Positions 49,175 through 59,530 of a DNA stretch of 64,000 nt are shown in pieces. Position numbers and translations under genes: made by a program. The DNA lies in the NCBI GenBank assembly GCA_964419945.1, contig CAYQRU010000002.1, positions 23,054-87,053 of the forward strand. Direction: 5' to 3'. Positions within the stretch are counted from its first letter, which is position 1; every line of letters begins with the position of its first letter. This DNA comes from an uncultured Bacteroidales bacterium. GTDB taxonomy: Bacteria; Bacteroidota; Bacteroidia; Bacteroidales; JAAYJT01. The notes below the pieces were generated by a model. It made no database searches and was not told the DNA's origin. It saw only the letters and a list, made by a program, of their open reading frames with translations.

Positions 49175-51541
49175 ATGATCCTGCATTTTATTAAAAACAC
49201 CTTGAGGGTTTTTTTACGAAATGGTATATATACCTTTATAAACCTATGCGGTCTTTCCATTGGGCTTTCAGCCGGAATTCTCATCCTGATGTATGTAATT
49301 CATGAATTAAGCTATGATCGCTTTCACAATAATGTCCGGAACACCTTCCTTATTAACATGGAATATCACACGGGCAATTATACGGAAGGTGGTTTTACAA
49401 TTCCTGCTGCAATTGCACCTTCGCTGCAGGAATCATTTCCTGAAATACTTTCGTACGCGCGCGTTCGAAGCCCAAATAGTGGCTATTTTTTGTATGCGGA
49501 CAAGATCTCCCAGTTCGACAATATTACATGGGTTGATTCCTCGTTTTTCAGTATTTTCTCTTTCAGCCTGTTAAGAGGAAATCCCCACACTGCTTTATCT
49601 TCAATATATTCAGTAGTTTTAACCGAAAGAGCAGCCGGTATCATCTTCGGTGATGAAGATCCTGTCGGAAAAATGCTCAGGCTGAATAATGCCCGGCCAT
49701 ATATTGTTACAGGTATCGTTGAAAATCCTCCAACCAATACTTTCTTACAATTTGATGCCCTGCTTTCATTTAATACGCTTTATGAAGACAAAGAACTTTT
49801 TATGGGATGGGACGGAGGAAATCAATATTATAATTTTATTACCGTAACTCCGGAAATTGACTGGCATGCATTACAGGCCAAACTTGATCCATTTCTTTAT
49901 GAAAAAATCAACAGGTATTATGAGCAGGCCGGTGTACAGGTAGGATTGAAATTTGAGCCTTTGAGAAGTTTTCATTTTCGTTATGGCCGGCTTGGATCAG
50001 GTATTTCTGTCAGCACTTCTATATATATTCTCTCAACTATTGCTTTATTGGTGTTATTGGTAGCCTGTTTTAATTTCACGAACCTGAGTACAGCCCGTGC
50101 ATTAAACCGTGCCAGAGAAACCGGAATAAGGAAGGTTGCGGGAGCAACAAGAGGAAAACTAATTTTGCAGTTCCTTGCTGAAGCATTAATTATGAGTTTT
50201 ATTGCTTTTGCTCTGGCTCTTATTATAACCGAACTGATACGCCCTGGTTATAATGCCCTGATTGGCATTGAATTAAGTCTCTATAAAAGCCCTTATCCCT
50301 GGTTTTTACCATCTTTGTTATTATTGGTTTTTATTACAGGAATTGCAGCAGGAGCATATCCTGCTTTCTTTCTGTCGTCTTTTCAACCAGTAAAAGTGCT
50401 GAAGGGAGGCCTGTATTCCGGTCAAAGAAAAGTAAAATTCTCAAAAATTCTCGTGGTGCTTCAGTTTATAATATCTGTTTTGCTCATCAATATAACTTTG
50501 GTCATTTTCCGTCAGATGGATTATATACGCAGTTATAATCCTGGTATGAACACTGAAAATGTTCTTGCCATTCATCTTAACAGCCATTCTGCACGCAACA
50601 CTTCTGAGACTTTGCAACATGAAATACGTAACCTGGCAGGTGTGGTTTCGTGCGGGGCAGCATCGGAAATTCCGGGAGGAGGACTTACCAGTAACGGTTA
50701 CTGTCCCGAAGGTTATAAGGATGTTGTGATGATTCATGTACTTGACATTGATGACGGATTTCTTGAAACTATGGGCATTGAGGTGTTAGAAGGACGAAAT
50801 TTTGACAAAAACTCCCTTTCCGACAAAACATCTTACATAGTCAATGAAACTTTTGTTAAGCAGTTCAGTTATCTAAACCCATTAGGGATAAAAGTGAACA
50901 GAAATGGAAACCACCAGGTAATTGGCATTGTTAAGGACTTTCATTTTTCTACCCTGCACGAACCTGTTAAACCATTAATTATCACTAATGAACCCTGGCA
51001 GGGATTCAGCTATTTGCTTGTTCGGTTAAATCCGGCGAGAACCCAGCAGGCAATAACGGAGTTGGAAACACTCTGGAAACGTATGCTTCCGGGCGATCCA
51101 TTTGTCATCCGGTCTGTAAGTGGTTACCTGGAAAGTTCTTATTCAAATGAAAATCATTTTGGTGAGATATTTACCTGGTTTTCAGCACTTGCTTTGCTGG
51201 TAGCATGTTTGGGTTTACTGGGATTATCATCTTTTTCCATTCAGCAACGAAAAAAAGAAATAGGTCTTCGTAAAATCATGGGTGCTTCACCAGGAAATAT
51301 TATGGGAATGTTTGCACGCTCGTTCACATGTCTTGTTTTCGTTGCAAATATCATCGCATTGATCCCTGCCATATATATTATCCGGAAATATCTGAGCCTG
51401 TATAGTTACTGTATCAACATAAGCCACTGGATTTTTATTATAACGGCAGTGGTTTCATTGCTGCTTGCATGGGGAATTGTTGTTTGGCAATCGCTGCAGG
51501 TTTCAAATTCGAATCCTGTCGAAGCAGTGAAGTATGAATAG
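49175..51541 (+). CDS. FtsX/MacB-like ABC transporter permease with duplicated FtsX domains and a periplasmic MacB-like core
   Basis: 788 aa with two 4-TM FtsX modules. The N-terminus MILHFIKNTLRVFLRNGIYTFINLCGLSIGLSAGIL is typical. No adjacent ATPase gene. Confidence 0.8.
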   Translation: MILHFIKNTLRVFLRNGIYTFINLCGLSIGLSAGILILMYVIHELSYDRFHNNVRNTFLINMEYHTGNYTEGGFTIPAAIAPSLQESFPEILSYARVRSPNSGYFLYADKISQFDNITWVDSSFFSIFSFSLLRGNPHTALSSIYSVVLTERAAGIIFGDEDPVGKMLRLNNARPYIVTGIVENPPTNTFLQFDALLSFNTLYEDKELFMGWDGGNQYYNFITVTPEIDWHALQAKLDPFLYEKINRYYEQAGVQVGLKFEPLRSFHFRYGRLGSGISVSTSIYILSTIALLVLLVACFNFTNLSTARALNRARETGIRKVAGATRGKLILQFLAEALIMSFIAFALALIITELIRPGYNALIGIELSLYKSPYPWFLPSLLLLVFITGIAAGAYPAFFLSSFQPVKVLKGGLYSGQRKVKFSKILVVLQFIISVLLINITLVIFRQMDYIRSYNPGMNTENVLAIHLNSHSARNTSETLQHEIRNLAGVVSCGAASEIPGGGLTSNGYCPEGYKDVVMIHVLDIDDGFLETMGIEVLEGRNFDKNSLSDKTSYIVNETFVKQFSYLNPLGIKVNRNGNHQVIGIVKDFHFSTLHEPVKPLIITNEPWQGFSYLLVRLNPARTQQAITELETLWKRMLPGDPFVIRSVSGYLESSYSNENHFGEIFTWFSALALLVACLGLLGLSSFSIQQRKKEIGLRKIMGASPGNIMGMFARSFTCLVFVANIIALIPAIYIIRKYLSLYSYCINISHWIFIITAVVSLLLAWGIVVWQSLQVSNSNPVEAVKYE

Positions 51542-51607
51542 ATCATAGAAACACCATTTCTTTACCAGAATCTTCAGCGGCTATTGTTATGATCCGGGCA
51601 AGGCATT

Positions 51608-53599
51608 TTATGCTGGTATTTCAACAAAATACATCTCAATTGCACCTTTGTTTTTTGCTTCAATTTTTCCACGTGGAGTACAGATAAATCGGTCTTTTAT
51701 CTTATGGCAGGTAGTTTCCGAAATATTGATTTTTCCGGCTTCACCGCTGGATTCCATCCGGGAGGCAATGTTTACAGTATCTCCCCAGATATCATACTGG
51801 AATTTTCTTATTCCGACAATTCCTGCAATAACAGGTCCGGTATGTATACCAATACGGAGTTCAAAATAAGGTTTGTTTTCCGACTTTTTTTTCAGCATCA
51901 GATTTTCCATGAATTGTTGAATTTCAATAGCTGCCAGAACTACATCAACAGGATTGGTTTCGTTAGCTACCGGAAGCCCACCGGCACACATATATGCATC
52001 ACCGATGGTTTTGATTTTCTCAACTCCGTATTTCGCAATAATTTGATCGAAAGCACTGAAACAATGATTAATTTCTTTGACAAGTTCCTGGGCCGGAAGT
52101 AGTTCAGCCATGCGTGTGAATCCCCTGAAATCAGTGAACATCACAGTAACCATGTCAAAATACCGCGCTTCAGATGTTCCGGTATTCTTTAGTTCTTCAG
52201 CAGTTTTGGCAGGCAGAATGTTAAGAAGCAGTTCTTCTGATCTGGCTTTCTCATCGTTGATTTGTTTGTTTTTTTTAGCCAGCTCATTCCTGGTTTTTTT
52301 AATATAACGGTAACGGTTGTACAAACCGATGGCAAGAAGCAAAATCAGTATTCCGGCAGCAACAACTGAGTTTTTAATTATTTTCTGGCGTTTCAGGCTC
52401 AGTTTCTGAATTTCCGCATCTTTAGTAAGCAATTGTATTTCCTGTTGCTTTCGCTCATTCTCAAATTCCTTGATCTTCTGAACCGCTTTATCCTTTTCAA
52501 TAGTCATAACTGAGTCTTTGATTTCAAGAAATTTTTGATTGAAAACAAATGCATTCCTGTAATCACCCAAGGTTGCAAAAATTTTCGATTTCTCCTCGTA
52601 AATGTTCATCAGATAAGAGCGCACACCCAGCCGGTAAGCAATTGGTTCCGACTGATTATAAAACATCATAGACTTCTCGGGTTGCCCCGACAGGTTGTAG
52701 ATTTGTGCCATGCCATTCAGTGCGCTGATAATGCCAAGTTCATCTTGTATTTCAGTGGCAATTTGCAGTGATCGTTCGGAATATCGCAAGGCATCCTGAT
52801 AATTCTTTAGTCCCATGTGTGCAAGTGCAAGGTTATGCAAGGCAATGGAATAATCATATAAGTTTTGAACCGTATCAATCAAACCCAGCGACTTATGAAA
52901 ATATTCCAATGCCTTGTGATTTTGGTTTTTATTCTGGTAATGCAATCCGATATTTCCATAATTATAGGCAAGTTTTTTAAAATCATTTCTTCTTTCGTTG
53001 ATGGCAGCAGCCTTCAGATAGTACTCAAGTTCAAGATCGTCCATTCTTAATTCTGCATAACGGGATCCAAGGTTATTGTAGATTTTAGCTAACTGAGCGC
53101 TGTCACTGTTGCGTTCAAAAATATCTTTTGCCTTCAATGTGTAATCAATTGATTCTTCAAGGCGGCCAAGCACTGCCATTGTGATACCATAATTATTGTA
53201 TAATTCGCCCAGCAGATTTTCCAGTCCGTGTTTTTTTGCAACCTCAATTCCCCGGTCATACATCAGGAAAGAAGAATCATATTGCCCCCTTAGATCATAT
53301 GAAATGCCTGCCATCATATAAAGACGTGCAATATGTGTTTCTTTTGCTTTGTTTCGCAGCAAAATCAACATATTTTCGATATGCGAGCCGGCCATTGAAG
53401 GATCGTTAAAAAGATCTTGGTGTATTTCTTCGATAGTCAATTGAATAAGCCGATCGTTCGAAGGATTTTGAATGAGCAAGTCAAACAGGCTGTCAAGTGG
53501 CAAAGGGTGATCCGAAGCCACAGAAAGTGAACAGTAAAAGCTTACAAACAAGGCCAATATGAAAGTTTTCAACATTATCTTAATCTTAATGAAAGACAA
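51608..53599 (-). CDS. Class III adenylate/guanylate cyclase with an N-terminal periplasmic TPR sensor domain, a single TM helix and a coiled-coil linker
   Basis: The C-terminal cyclase core is FTDFRGFT...IKTIGDAYMCAGGLP...RIGIHTGPVIAGIVG. Upstream are TPR repeats, the TM helix VVAAGILILLLAIGLY and a signal peptide. The probable true start is the ATG at 53575. Confidence 0.8.
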   Translation of the reverse strand: MSFIKIKIMLKTFILALFVSFYCSLSVASDHPLPLDSLFDLLIQNPSNDRLIQLTIEEIHQDLFNDPSMAGSHIENMLILLRNKAKETHIARLYMMAGISYDLRGQYDSSFLMYDRGIEVAKKHGLENLLGELYNNYGITMAVLGRLEESIDYTLKAKDIFERNSDSAQLAKIYNNLGSRYAELRMDDLELEYYLKAAAINERRNDFKKLAYNYGNIGLHYQNKNQNHKALEYFHKSLGLIDTVQNLYDYSIALHNLALAHMGLKNYQDALRYSERSLQIATEIQDELGIISALNGMAQIYNLSGQPEKSMMFYNQSEPIAYRLGVRSYLMNIYEEKSKIFATLGDYRNAFVFNQKFLEIKDSVMTIEKDKAVQKIKEFENERKQQEIQLLTKDAEIQKLSLKRQKIIKNSVVAAGILILLLAIGLYNRYRYIKKTRNELAKKNKQINDEKARSEELLLNILPAKTAEELKNTGTSEARYFDMVTVMFTDFRGFTRMAELLPAQELVKEINHCFSAFDQIIAKYGVEKIKTIGDAYMCAGGLPVANETNPVDVVLAAIEIQQFMENLMLKKKSENKPYFELRIGIHTGPVIAGIVGIRKFQYDIWGDTVNIASRMESSGEAGKINISETTCHKIKDRFICTPRGKIEAKNKGAIEMYFVEIPA

Positions 53600-53747
53600 T
53601 CGTATGAAAATGGATTCTAAGATGATCAGTCACGGGTCTTCCTTTTGTAAAGTGAACAAAGTATTTGATATTATGTTTATTACTCATGGTAATCATACCA
53701 TTTGTGGTTCATATATGTTTTTTTCTACCAACCATTATCTCAAAAAC

Positions 53748-54320
53748 ATGACAATATTTAACGAAAGCGAGGCTCAATACAGAGCCAGAATAGCCAAGGA
53801 AAGAATGCAACGTGATATCAGCATGGCCGATGCTTCCACTTCACCTTTGACCGCTGATCAGTTGTCAAGGTTTAACGGTTTAAACTATTTTCCTGTTGAC
53901 ATGATATTCAAAATATCTGCTGAAATAACCAGAACCCCAAACCAGAAAGTAACGGTGAGTCTTACGAATGGTAAGCAACAGGTTTTTGAAAAATATGGCG
54001 AGGTATCTTTCTCAGTCAGAAACGTTGTCTACAGATTTGAGGTGCTTAAGAATCAAAATCTTCCTGAACTCACCAATCACCCGGATCAGTTATTTATTCC
54101 ATTCACCGACGGCACCTCCGGGAAAGAGAGTTGTGAAAATGGAAGATTCATCAGTTTTGATGAACCTTCCACCGACGGACTGGTAGAACTTGACTTTAAC
54201 AGTGCATTTTGTACTTATAATGCCTACAATCAAAAATATGTGAGCGTTACAGCAACACGTGCAAATTCAACCATGAATAATTTTGCTGTCGGCCAGAGAA
54301 GGTTCGAAGACAGGCTTTGA
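53748..54320 (+). CDS. DUF1684 domain protein
   Basis: The C-terminal VELDFNSAFCTYNAYNQKY resembles the DUF1684 conserved motif. Start was set at MTIFNESE because the track ORF start at 53559 overlaps the divergent cyclase gene. Confidence 0.6.
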   Translation: MTIFNESEAQYRARIAKERMQRDISMADASTSPLTADQLSRFNGLNYFPVDMIFKISAEITRTPNQKVTVSLTNGKQQVFEKYGEVSFSVRNVVYRFEVLKNQNLPELTNHPDQLFIPFTDGTSGKESCENGRFISFDEPSTDGLVELDFNSAFCTYNAYNQKYVSVTATRANSTMNNFAVGQRRFEDRL

Positions 54321-54527
54321 ATCAGAATAGGGATATAGGAAGACATTCTATTAAAAGATGGTAAGCTGTATGCAATGGTTGATTTGCATTCGCAACCCTT
54401 ACCAATGTGCCTGAAATGACTTAATTTATTAGCTTTTTTACACCGGAATATCTTCGGAAATCAGTTCTGTGCAAAGATTTTTCCTTTTTTTCATTTTGAC
54501 TGTGATAAAAATTTCTTTGGTGCGTAT

Positions 54528-55199
54528 GTGGATCTGATTTTTTTAGCGTACTTTTATGGCTTTAATTCATTTAATAATAAAGCCATGCAAGAATGGTGGG
54601 AAACACTCACAAGTTTTGAAAAGGTATTCTGGTATATTGCTATTCCTTTTTCAGTGATACTACTGATACAAATTATTTTGACCTTTATTGGTATTGGTGG
54701 TGGTTCTGCAGATGTTGGTCACGATGTAATTGACGACCCCGGTGTTGATGTTCATTCTGATCATACACATTTGTCCGAGGGGCACTACGGATTTTCATTT
54801 TTTACCCTTCGGAATTTTATAGCTTTTTTTACAGTCTTTGGCTGGGCAGGTATCGTTGGCATAAAAACCGGTTTTTCTCCGGCCTGGGTGATTGGCTTCG
54901 GTATGTTATGCGGGTTGGTGATCATGGTAATTATTTCAACGCTGTTTTATTTTATCAGCCGTATGACCGATAGTGGCAATATTGACCTGCATAATGCGAT
55001 CAATCAGATCGGCAGCGTTTATCTTCCTATCAAAGCCAAAGCAGGGAATGTTGGTAAAATTCAGGTAAACGTTCAGGATTCAAATCGCGAGTTACAAGCC
55101 ATTACCAACGGTGGGGCAGACCTTCCCACGGGGACAGTAGTGAGGGTAACCGGCATCGTAAGCGGAAATATACTAGTGGTCGAAAGAGTCAATAAATAA
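54528..55199 (+). CDS. NfeD-like membrane protein (short form with C-terminal OB-fold), partner of flotillin
   Basis: TM helices plus a C-terminal beta-rich segment GNVGKIQVNVQDSNRELQAITNGGADLPTGTVVRVTGIVSGNILVVERV. The likely start is the ATG at 54585. Confidence 0.65.
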   Translation: MDLIFLAYFYGFNSFNNKAMQEWWETLTSFEKVFWYIAIPFSVILLIQIILTFIGIGGGSADVGHDVIDDPGVDVHSDHTHLSEGHYGFSFFTLRNFIAFFTVFGWAGIVGIKTGFSPAWVIGFGMLCGLVIMVIISTLFYFISRMTDSGNIDLHNAINQIGSVYLPIKAKAGNVGKIQVNVQDSNRELQAITNGGADLPTGTVVRVTGIVSGNILVVERVNK

Positions 55200-55228
55200 A
55201 TCTATGTCTAATTTTAAACCTCATCATT

Positions 55229-56629
55229 ATGCCCGAATTAGTGCTTGTAGTCGTTATTCTTGTCATCATTTTTATCACTATCCTGGCTCTTTTTTCCAGG
55301 TATAAAAGGTGTCCTTCCGACAAGATACTTGTGATTTATGGTAAAACTGGTAAAACTGTATCCGGAGCCTCCCGATCGGCTAAAACCATACACGGTGGAG
55401 CAGCTTTTGTCTGGCCTGTTATCCAAAGCTATTCTTTTTTGGATCTAACCCCGATTTCTCTTGAAGTGAATCTTACTGCAGCGCTTTCACGTCAAAACAT
55501 CAGAATTGATGTTCCATCAAGATTTACTGTGGGAATTTCAACAGAGCCAGGAATTATGACCAATGCTGCCGAACGTTTGCTGGGTTTACCTCTAACTCAC
55601 ATACAGGAACTTGCCAAAGATATTATTTTCGGACAATTAAGGCTGGTAGTAGCCACCATGGATATCGAAGAAATTAATACTGACCGCGATAAGTTTCTGG
55701 CCAACGTTTCGCAGAATGTGGAAGCTGAACTGCAAAAAATTGGTTTAAAACTGATCAACGTAAATGTTACCGATATCAGGGATGAGTCGGAATATATAGA
55801 AGCCCTGGGAAAAGAAGCGGCTGCAAAGGCCATCAACGATGCAAAAAAGACCGTAGCTGAAAAAAACAGGGATGGTTCGGTAGGCGAAGCCATTGCCAAA
55901 CAGGATGAACGCATCAAAGTAGCCGATGCCAATGCCAAAGCAGTTGAAGGGGAGAACCTGGCAAAAATTTCAATTGCTCAGTCAAATGCATTGCGACGTG
56001 AAAAGGAAGCAGAAGCCGAGCGACTTGCTGTTGCTGCTGAGAAAGTACAGGTTGCCAAAGCGCTTGCTGAAGCGTATGAAGCAGAAAAATCTGCTGAAGA
56101 TGTAAGGGCTTCAAGGGAAAAATCCACAAAAACAGCCGATATTGTCGTTCCGGCTGAAATTGATAAGATGAAGGTGGAAATTGAAGCTGAAGCACGGGCT
56201 GAGCAGATCAGGCGGGTGGCTAAAGGTGAAGCAGATGCACTGCTGATGAAGAAACAGGCAGAAGGCAGAGGCATCTATGAAGTGTTGACCAAGCAAGCAG
56301 AAGGTTTTAATAAACTTGTTGAAGCTGCAAAGCACAATTCTCGCGATGCCGTCTTACTTATGATTGCTGATAAACTACCTGAAATTATCAAGACCCAGGT
56401 GGAAGCCATTAAAAATTTGAAAATTGACAAGATCACAGTATGGGATTCACAGTCTTCGGAGGGGAAAACCCCGACAACAGCAAATTTTTTAGCAGGTATG
56501 TTAAAATCCATTCCCCCACTCGATGATCTTTTCAGGCAAGCCGGCATGGAACTTCCGGATTATCTGAAGGGCAAACCGGATTCCATGGAGGTAAAATCTG
56601 AGGAAGAAAAGGAAAAGAAGATGGAGTAG
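55229..56629 (+). CDS. Flotillin-like SPFH/band-7 protein (FloA/YqiK-like)
   Basis: N-terminal TM, SPFH domain, then the flotillin EA-repeat coiled coil (AEAERLAVAAEKVQVAKALAEAYEAEKSAED). Confidence 0.85.
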   Translation: MPELVLVVVILVIIFITILALFSRYKRCPSDKILVIYGKTGKTVSGASRSAKTIHGGAAFVWPVIQSYSFLDLTPISLEVNLTAALSRQNIRIDVPSRFTVGISTEPGIMTNAAERLLGLPLTHIQELAKDIIFGQLRLVVATMDIEEINTDRDKFLANVSQNVEAELQKIGLKLINVNVTDIRDESEYIEALGKEAAAKAINDAKKTVAEKNRDGSVGEAIAKQDERIKVADANAKAVEGENLAKISIAQSNALRREKEAEAERLAVAAEKVQVAKALAEAYEAEKSAEDVRASREKSTKTADIVVPAEIDKMKVEIEAEARAEQIRRVAKGEADALLMKKQAEGRGIYEVLTKQAEGFNKLVEAAKHNSRDAVLLMIADKLPEIIKTQVEAIKNLKIDKITVWDSQSSEGKTPTTANFLAGMLKSIPPLDDLFRQAGMELPDYLKGKPDSMEVKSEEEKEKKME

Positions 56630-56777
56630 CTCATTAAGTACAAAATAATCGAGTTCAGATGGATTATTTTGAGGAATTGATGATCCTGTCAGCGAACTTA
56701 ATAAATTTGTTCTTTTCAAATAGCAGAATCAACGTAATTCTGAGCTTTATTCAGGGACGAATTAAAGTGTTTTTGTA

Positions 56778-58856
56778 ATGACTTCAACGGCCATGCTTAT
56801 ACAAAACGCAGATAGCAGAAACCGAAAGCCGAATCTGTTTTTCGTGATCAGAAAAATGAATTTCTATTCCCTGATAATAGTCGTTTGTGTGTTTTATTAT
56901 TGCAGTTGCAGGATGGAGCAAACAAATAATGCAACTGATTCTGGTATAGATTTAGGTGATTCAGTTTCGAGAGTCGCTTTAGCTGATACAAACCATTCAA
57001 TTTCAGAACTTCTCTACCTTCATGAAACCAGAGACATGCCTTGGTTTGAAAGTATCAGATTCTACACAGAGCTGAGCAAGACGCACTTTGATAATGAAGA
57101 ATTTTACAGAGCAATTGAATATTGCTTGAGGGCGCTCAGGATTTCCGATCAATCCAGGCTGGCGCTTATAACATCTGAAGATTCCATTTTATGGAATCAT
57201 CTTGCCGGAAAAGCAGAAGCACAGATTGGTGATATTTATTACAAAATTCAACAGCATAGGGTAGCTATAAATTATTACAACCAGGCTATTCAACATTTCA
57301 CTCTGATCAATGATACAGCGTCTTTACTACCTTCAATGAACAGCCTGGCAATTACTTATTATTACCATGGAGATGACAGTGCAGCAATAAAACATTTTAA
57401 TGATCTCATTCACATTGCTTCTCTCCATAACGATAGTTGTGCAATAGCTAACGCGTACAATAACCTTGGACTTATTGAACACGATAATGCAAACTTTCAA
57501 AAAGCCTATGAGTATTTTACCAATGCCGGTGTGCTTTATCATAAATGCGGAAACATCAGGAAAAAGGCCACTACGCTCTTCAATATTGGTCTGCTGCAAG
57601 GTCCCCTGGGTTGTTATGACAGCACAGTTGTTTATTATCAGAAGGCAATATCACTGCTCGAGGGAATTAATGATTTGTCAGGTGTAATAAGGGTTCAGAT
57701 AGCACTGGCGCAGTTTTACTTTACGAAGAAAGAATTTGATTATTCAGAGAGATTTTTGACCGAGGCACTTAAAAATGCAAATATTATCAACGCCAGGAAC
57801 TTTATCATCGAGATTTATGGATGCCTTGCCAGGGTGAAGGAAGAAAGCAGACAATATGAAGAAGCCTACAACTTCCTTAAGTTACATAAAGTTTTACATG
57901 ACAGTATTTTTCAGCAAAATATTGAAAAGATCGTCATCCTTCAGAAACAATATGAAGATGAAAAAAGCAAAAAGGAAATTGAAATACTAAGTAAAAACAA
58001 TGAAATCAAGGATTTACAGATACAGAAACAACGAACCAGGCTGCTTTATCTTTTCCAGTTGGCGATTATTTCTACCATAGCCCTGATAGTGTTGATTGGC
58101 AGATATCGCTTTAAAATGCGTACCAACAAGGAATTAAGTCTTCAGAAAGAACAACTGGAAGCAGCAAATGCAACAAAAAACAAGTTTTTTTCGATCATTG
58201 CCCACGATCTGAAGAATACTGTGTATGCAACCCAAAGCATGGCTGATGTTTTGTACAATGATTTTAATAAATTATCGAAGGTTCAATATGAGAAAATCAT
58301 TGGAAGTATTTATCATTCAAGTATTCACACCACGCAGTTGATGGAAAACCTGCTGCTTTGGGCGATGTCACAAACAGGAAAAATCAAACTTGTTCCTCAA
58401 AAATGCATGTTAGTAGAACTCATTGATAATGAGATTTTTATTGCATCAGAAGAAATCAAAAAAAAGAAAATTCACATTCAAAAAAACATTCCGGAAGGAT
58501 TAAATGTATTTGCTGACATCAATATCACGGCATTTATCATCCGGAATTTGTTGTCAAATGCAATTAAGTTTACAGCCGAGTTTGGACAGGTATCATTTAC
58601 CATAAGCAACAAGAAGGATGTGGTTTCAATTGCGGTTGAAGATACCGGTATAGGTATTTTACCAGAAGATCTTCCAAAACTCTTTCGTATGGATGTCAAT
58701 ACCTCAATCATACAATCTTCCGGAAACAAAGGTACCGGCCTTGGACTGATACTTTGCAGGGACTTTATTGTAAAAAGTGGAGGTAATATCTGGGCTGAAA
58801 GCACAGCAGGTAAAGGAAGTATTTTTACCTTTACGCTCAAAAAATGGATTGATTAG
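56778..58856 (+). CDS. Sensor histidine kinase with an N-terminal TPR sensor domain, a single TM helix, a coiled coil, and HisKA plus HATPase_c domains
   Basis: H-box FFSIIAHDLKNTVYA, N-box LLSNAIKFT, and G-boxes DTGIGI and GTGLGLILCRDF. The probable start is the ATG at 56856 (MNFYSLIIVVC). Confidence 0.85.
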   Translation: MTSTAMLIQNADSRNRKPNLFFVIRKMNFYSLIIVVCVFYYCSCRMEQTNNATDSGIDLGDSVSRVALADTNHSISELLYLHETRDMPWFESIRFYTELSKTHFDNEEFYRAIEYCLRALRISDQSRLALITSEDSILWNHLAGKAEAQIGDIYYKIQQHRVAINYYNQAIQHFTLINDTASLLPSMNSLAITYYYHGDDSAAIKHFNDLIHIASLHNDSCAIANAYNNLGLIEHDNANFQKAYEYFTNAGVLYHKCGNIRKKATTLFNIGLLQGPLGCYDSTVVYYQKAISLLEGINDLSGVIRVQIALAQFYFTKKEFDYSERFLTEALKNANIINARNFIIEIYGCLARVKEESRQYEEAYNFLKLHKVLHDSIFQQNIEKIVILQKQYEDEKSKKEIEILSKNNEIKDLQIQKQRTRLLYLFQLAIISTIALIVLIGRYRFKMRTNKELSLQKEQLEAANATKNKFFSIIAHDLKNTVYATQSMADVLYNDFNKLSKVQYEKIIGSIYHSSIHTTQLMENLLLWAMSQTGKIKLVPQKCMLVELIDNEIFIASEEIKKKKIHIQKNIPEGLNVFADINITAFIIRNLLSNAIKFTAEFGQVSFTISNKKDVVSIAVEDTGIGILPEDLPKLFRMDVNTSIIQSSGNKGTGLGLILCRDFIVKSGGNIWAESTAGKGSIFTFTLKKWID

Positions 58857-58858
58857 AA

Positions 58859-59500
58859 ATGAAAAAGATAATCATCGTTGATGATCATGGAATTGTAAGA
58901 GATGGTATCGCTTCCGTATTGATAACCTGTGAGGATGTTGAGGTGATTGGGGAAGCATGCGATTCTGAATCACTTTTTAAGTTATTGACGCAATCGGTTC
59001 CCGATATCATTCTGCTCGATATAACTTTACCTGGACTTTCAGGCATAGAAATAACAAGGATTGTGAAAAAGGAATATCCCCGCATCAAGGTGCTGATCCT
59101 TTCGGCCGATGGAAACAGAAAGAACATTTTCGATGCCATTGAAGCCAATGCTGATGGATTCGTATTGAAAAACTCAGGAAAGGAAACGTTATATCAGGCA
59201 ATTAAATCCCTTGGCCAGGGAGAAAGGTTTTTTGAACATGCTGTATCGCAAACTGTTATTAACAGGCTTATAACCAAAAAATATGAGATATCAAACCTCA
59301 GGGATGATCTTACAGAAAGAGAGATTGAGATTATAAGGTCACTATGTCGCGGATTATCTCATAAGCAAATTGCCGAAAACACAATGATCAGCAAAAGAAC
59401 TGTTGATACACATGTTGGTAATATAATGCGGAAATTAAACCTTCATACAAAGGCAGAACTCATCAGATACGCCATCCGTCACGGCATCTACCAAACCTGA
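58859..59500 (+). CDS. Response regulator, NarL/FixJ (LuxR-type HTH) family
   Basis: REC domain (IIIVDDH...LLDITLPG) plus a C-terminal LuxR HTH (LSHKQIAENTMISKRTVDTHVGNIMRKL). It starts 3 nt after the kinase stop. Confidence 0.88.
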   Translation: MKKIIIVDDHGIVRDGIASVLITCEDVEVIGEACDSESLFKLLTQSVPDIILLDITLPGLSGIEITRIVKKEYPRIKVLILSADGNRKNIFDAIEANADGFVLKNSGKETLYQAIKSLGQGERFFEHAVSQTVINRLITKKYEISNLRDDLTEREIEIIRSLCRGLSHKQIAENTMISKRTVDTHVGNIMRKLNLHTKAELIRYAIRHGIYQT

Positions 59501-59514
59501 GCAGTTTTTATACG

Positions 59515-59530
59515 TAGGTATATATACCTA
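59515..59530 (+). promoter_or_regulatory. Perfect 16-bp palindrome TAGGTATATATACCTA (a 7-2-7 inverted heptamer arrangement), with two more TAGGTA(T/A) copies at 59548 and 59583. This is a candidate operator for the adjacent NarL-type regulator.
   Basis: Seen directly in the 134-bp gap between the regulator gene and the giant secreted-protein gene. Confidence 0.4.

Noticed and set aside
49224-49235. The 12-mer GGTATATATACC inside ftsX matches the core of the 59515-59530 palindrome
   Set aside because: It is a short AT-alternating palindrome inside a coding region (NGIYTF). A chance match is most likely, and there is no second half-site.
53559-53747. Track ORF start at 53559 for the DUF1684 gene (253 aa)
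   Set aside because: It would overlap the divergent cyclase gene's 5' end by 40 bp. Its hydrophobic N-terminal extension is not conserved-looking. The ATG at 53748 is the preferred start.
55597-56547. Stack of overlapping 70-110-aa ORFs on both strands inside the flotillin gene
   Set aside because: These are artefacts of the Ala/Glu-rich, GC-skewed coiled-coil repeat region. The flotillin frame explains the sequence.
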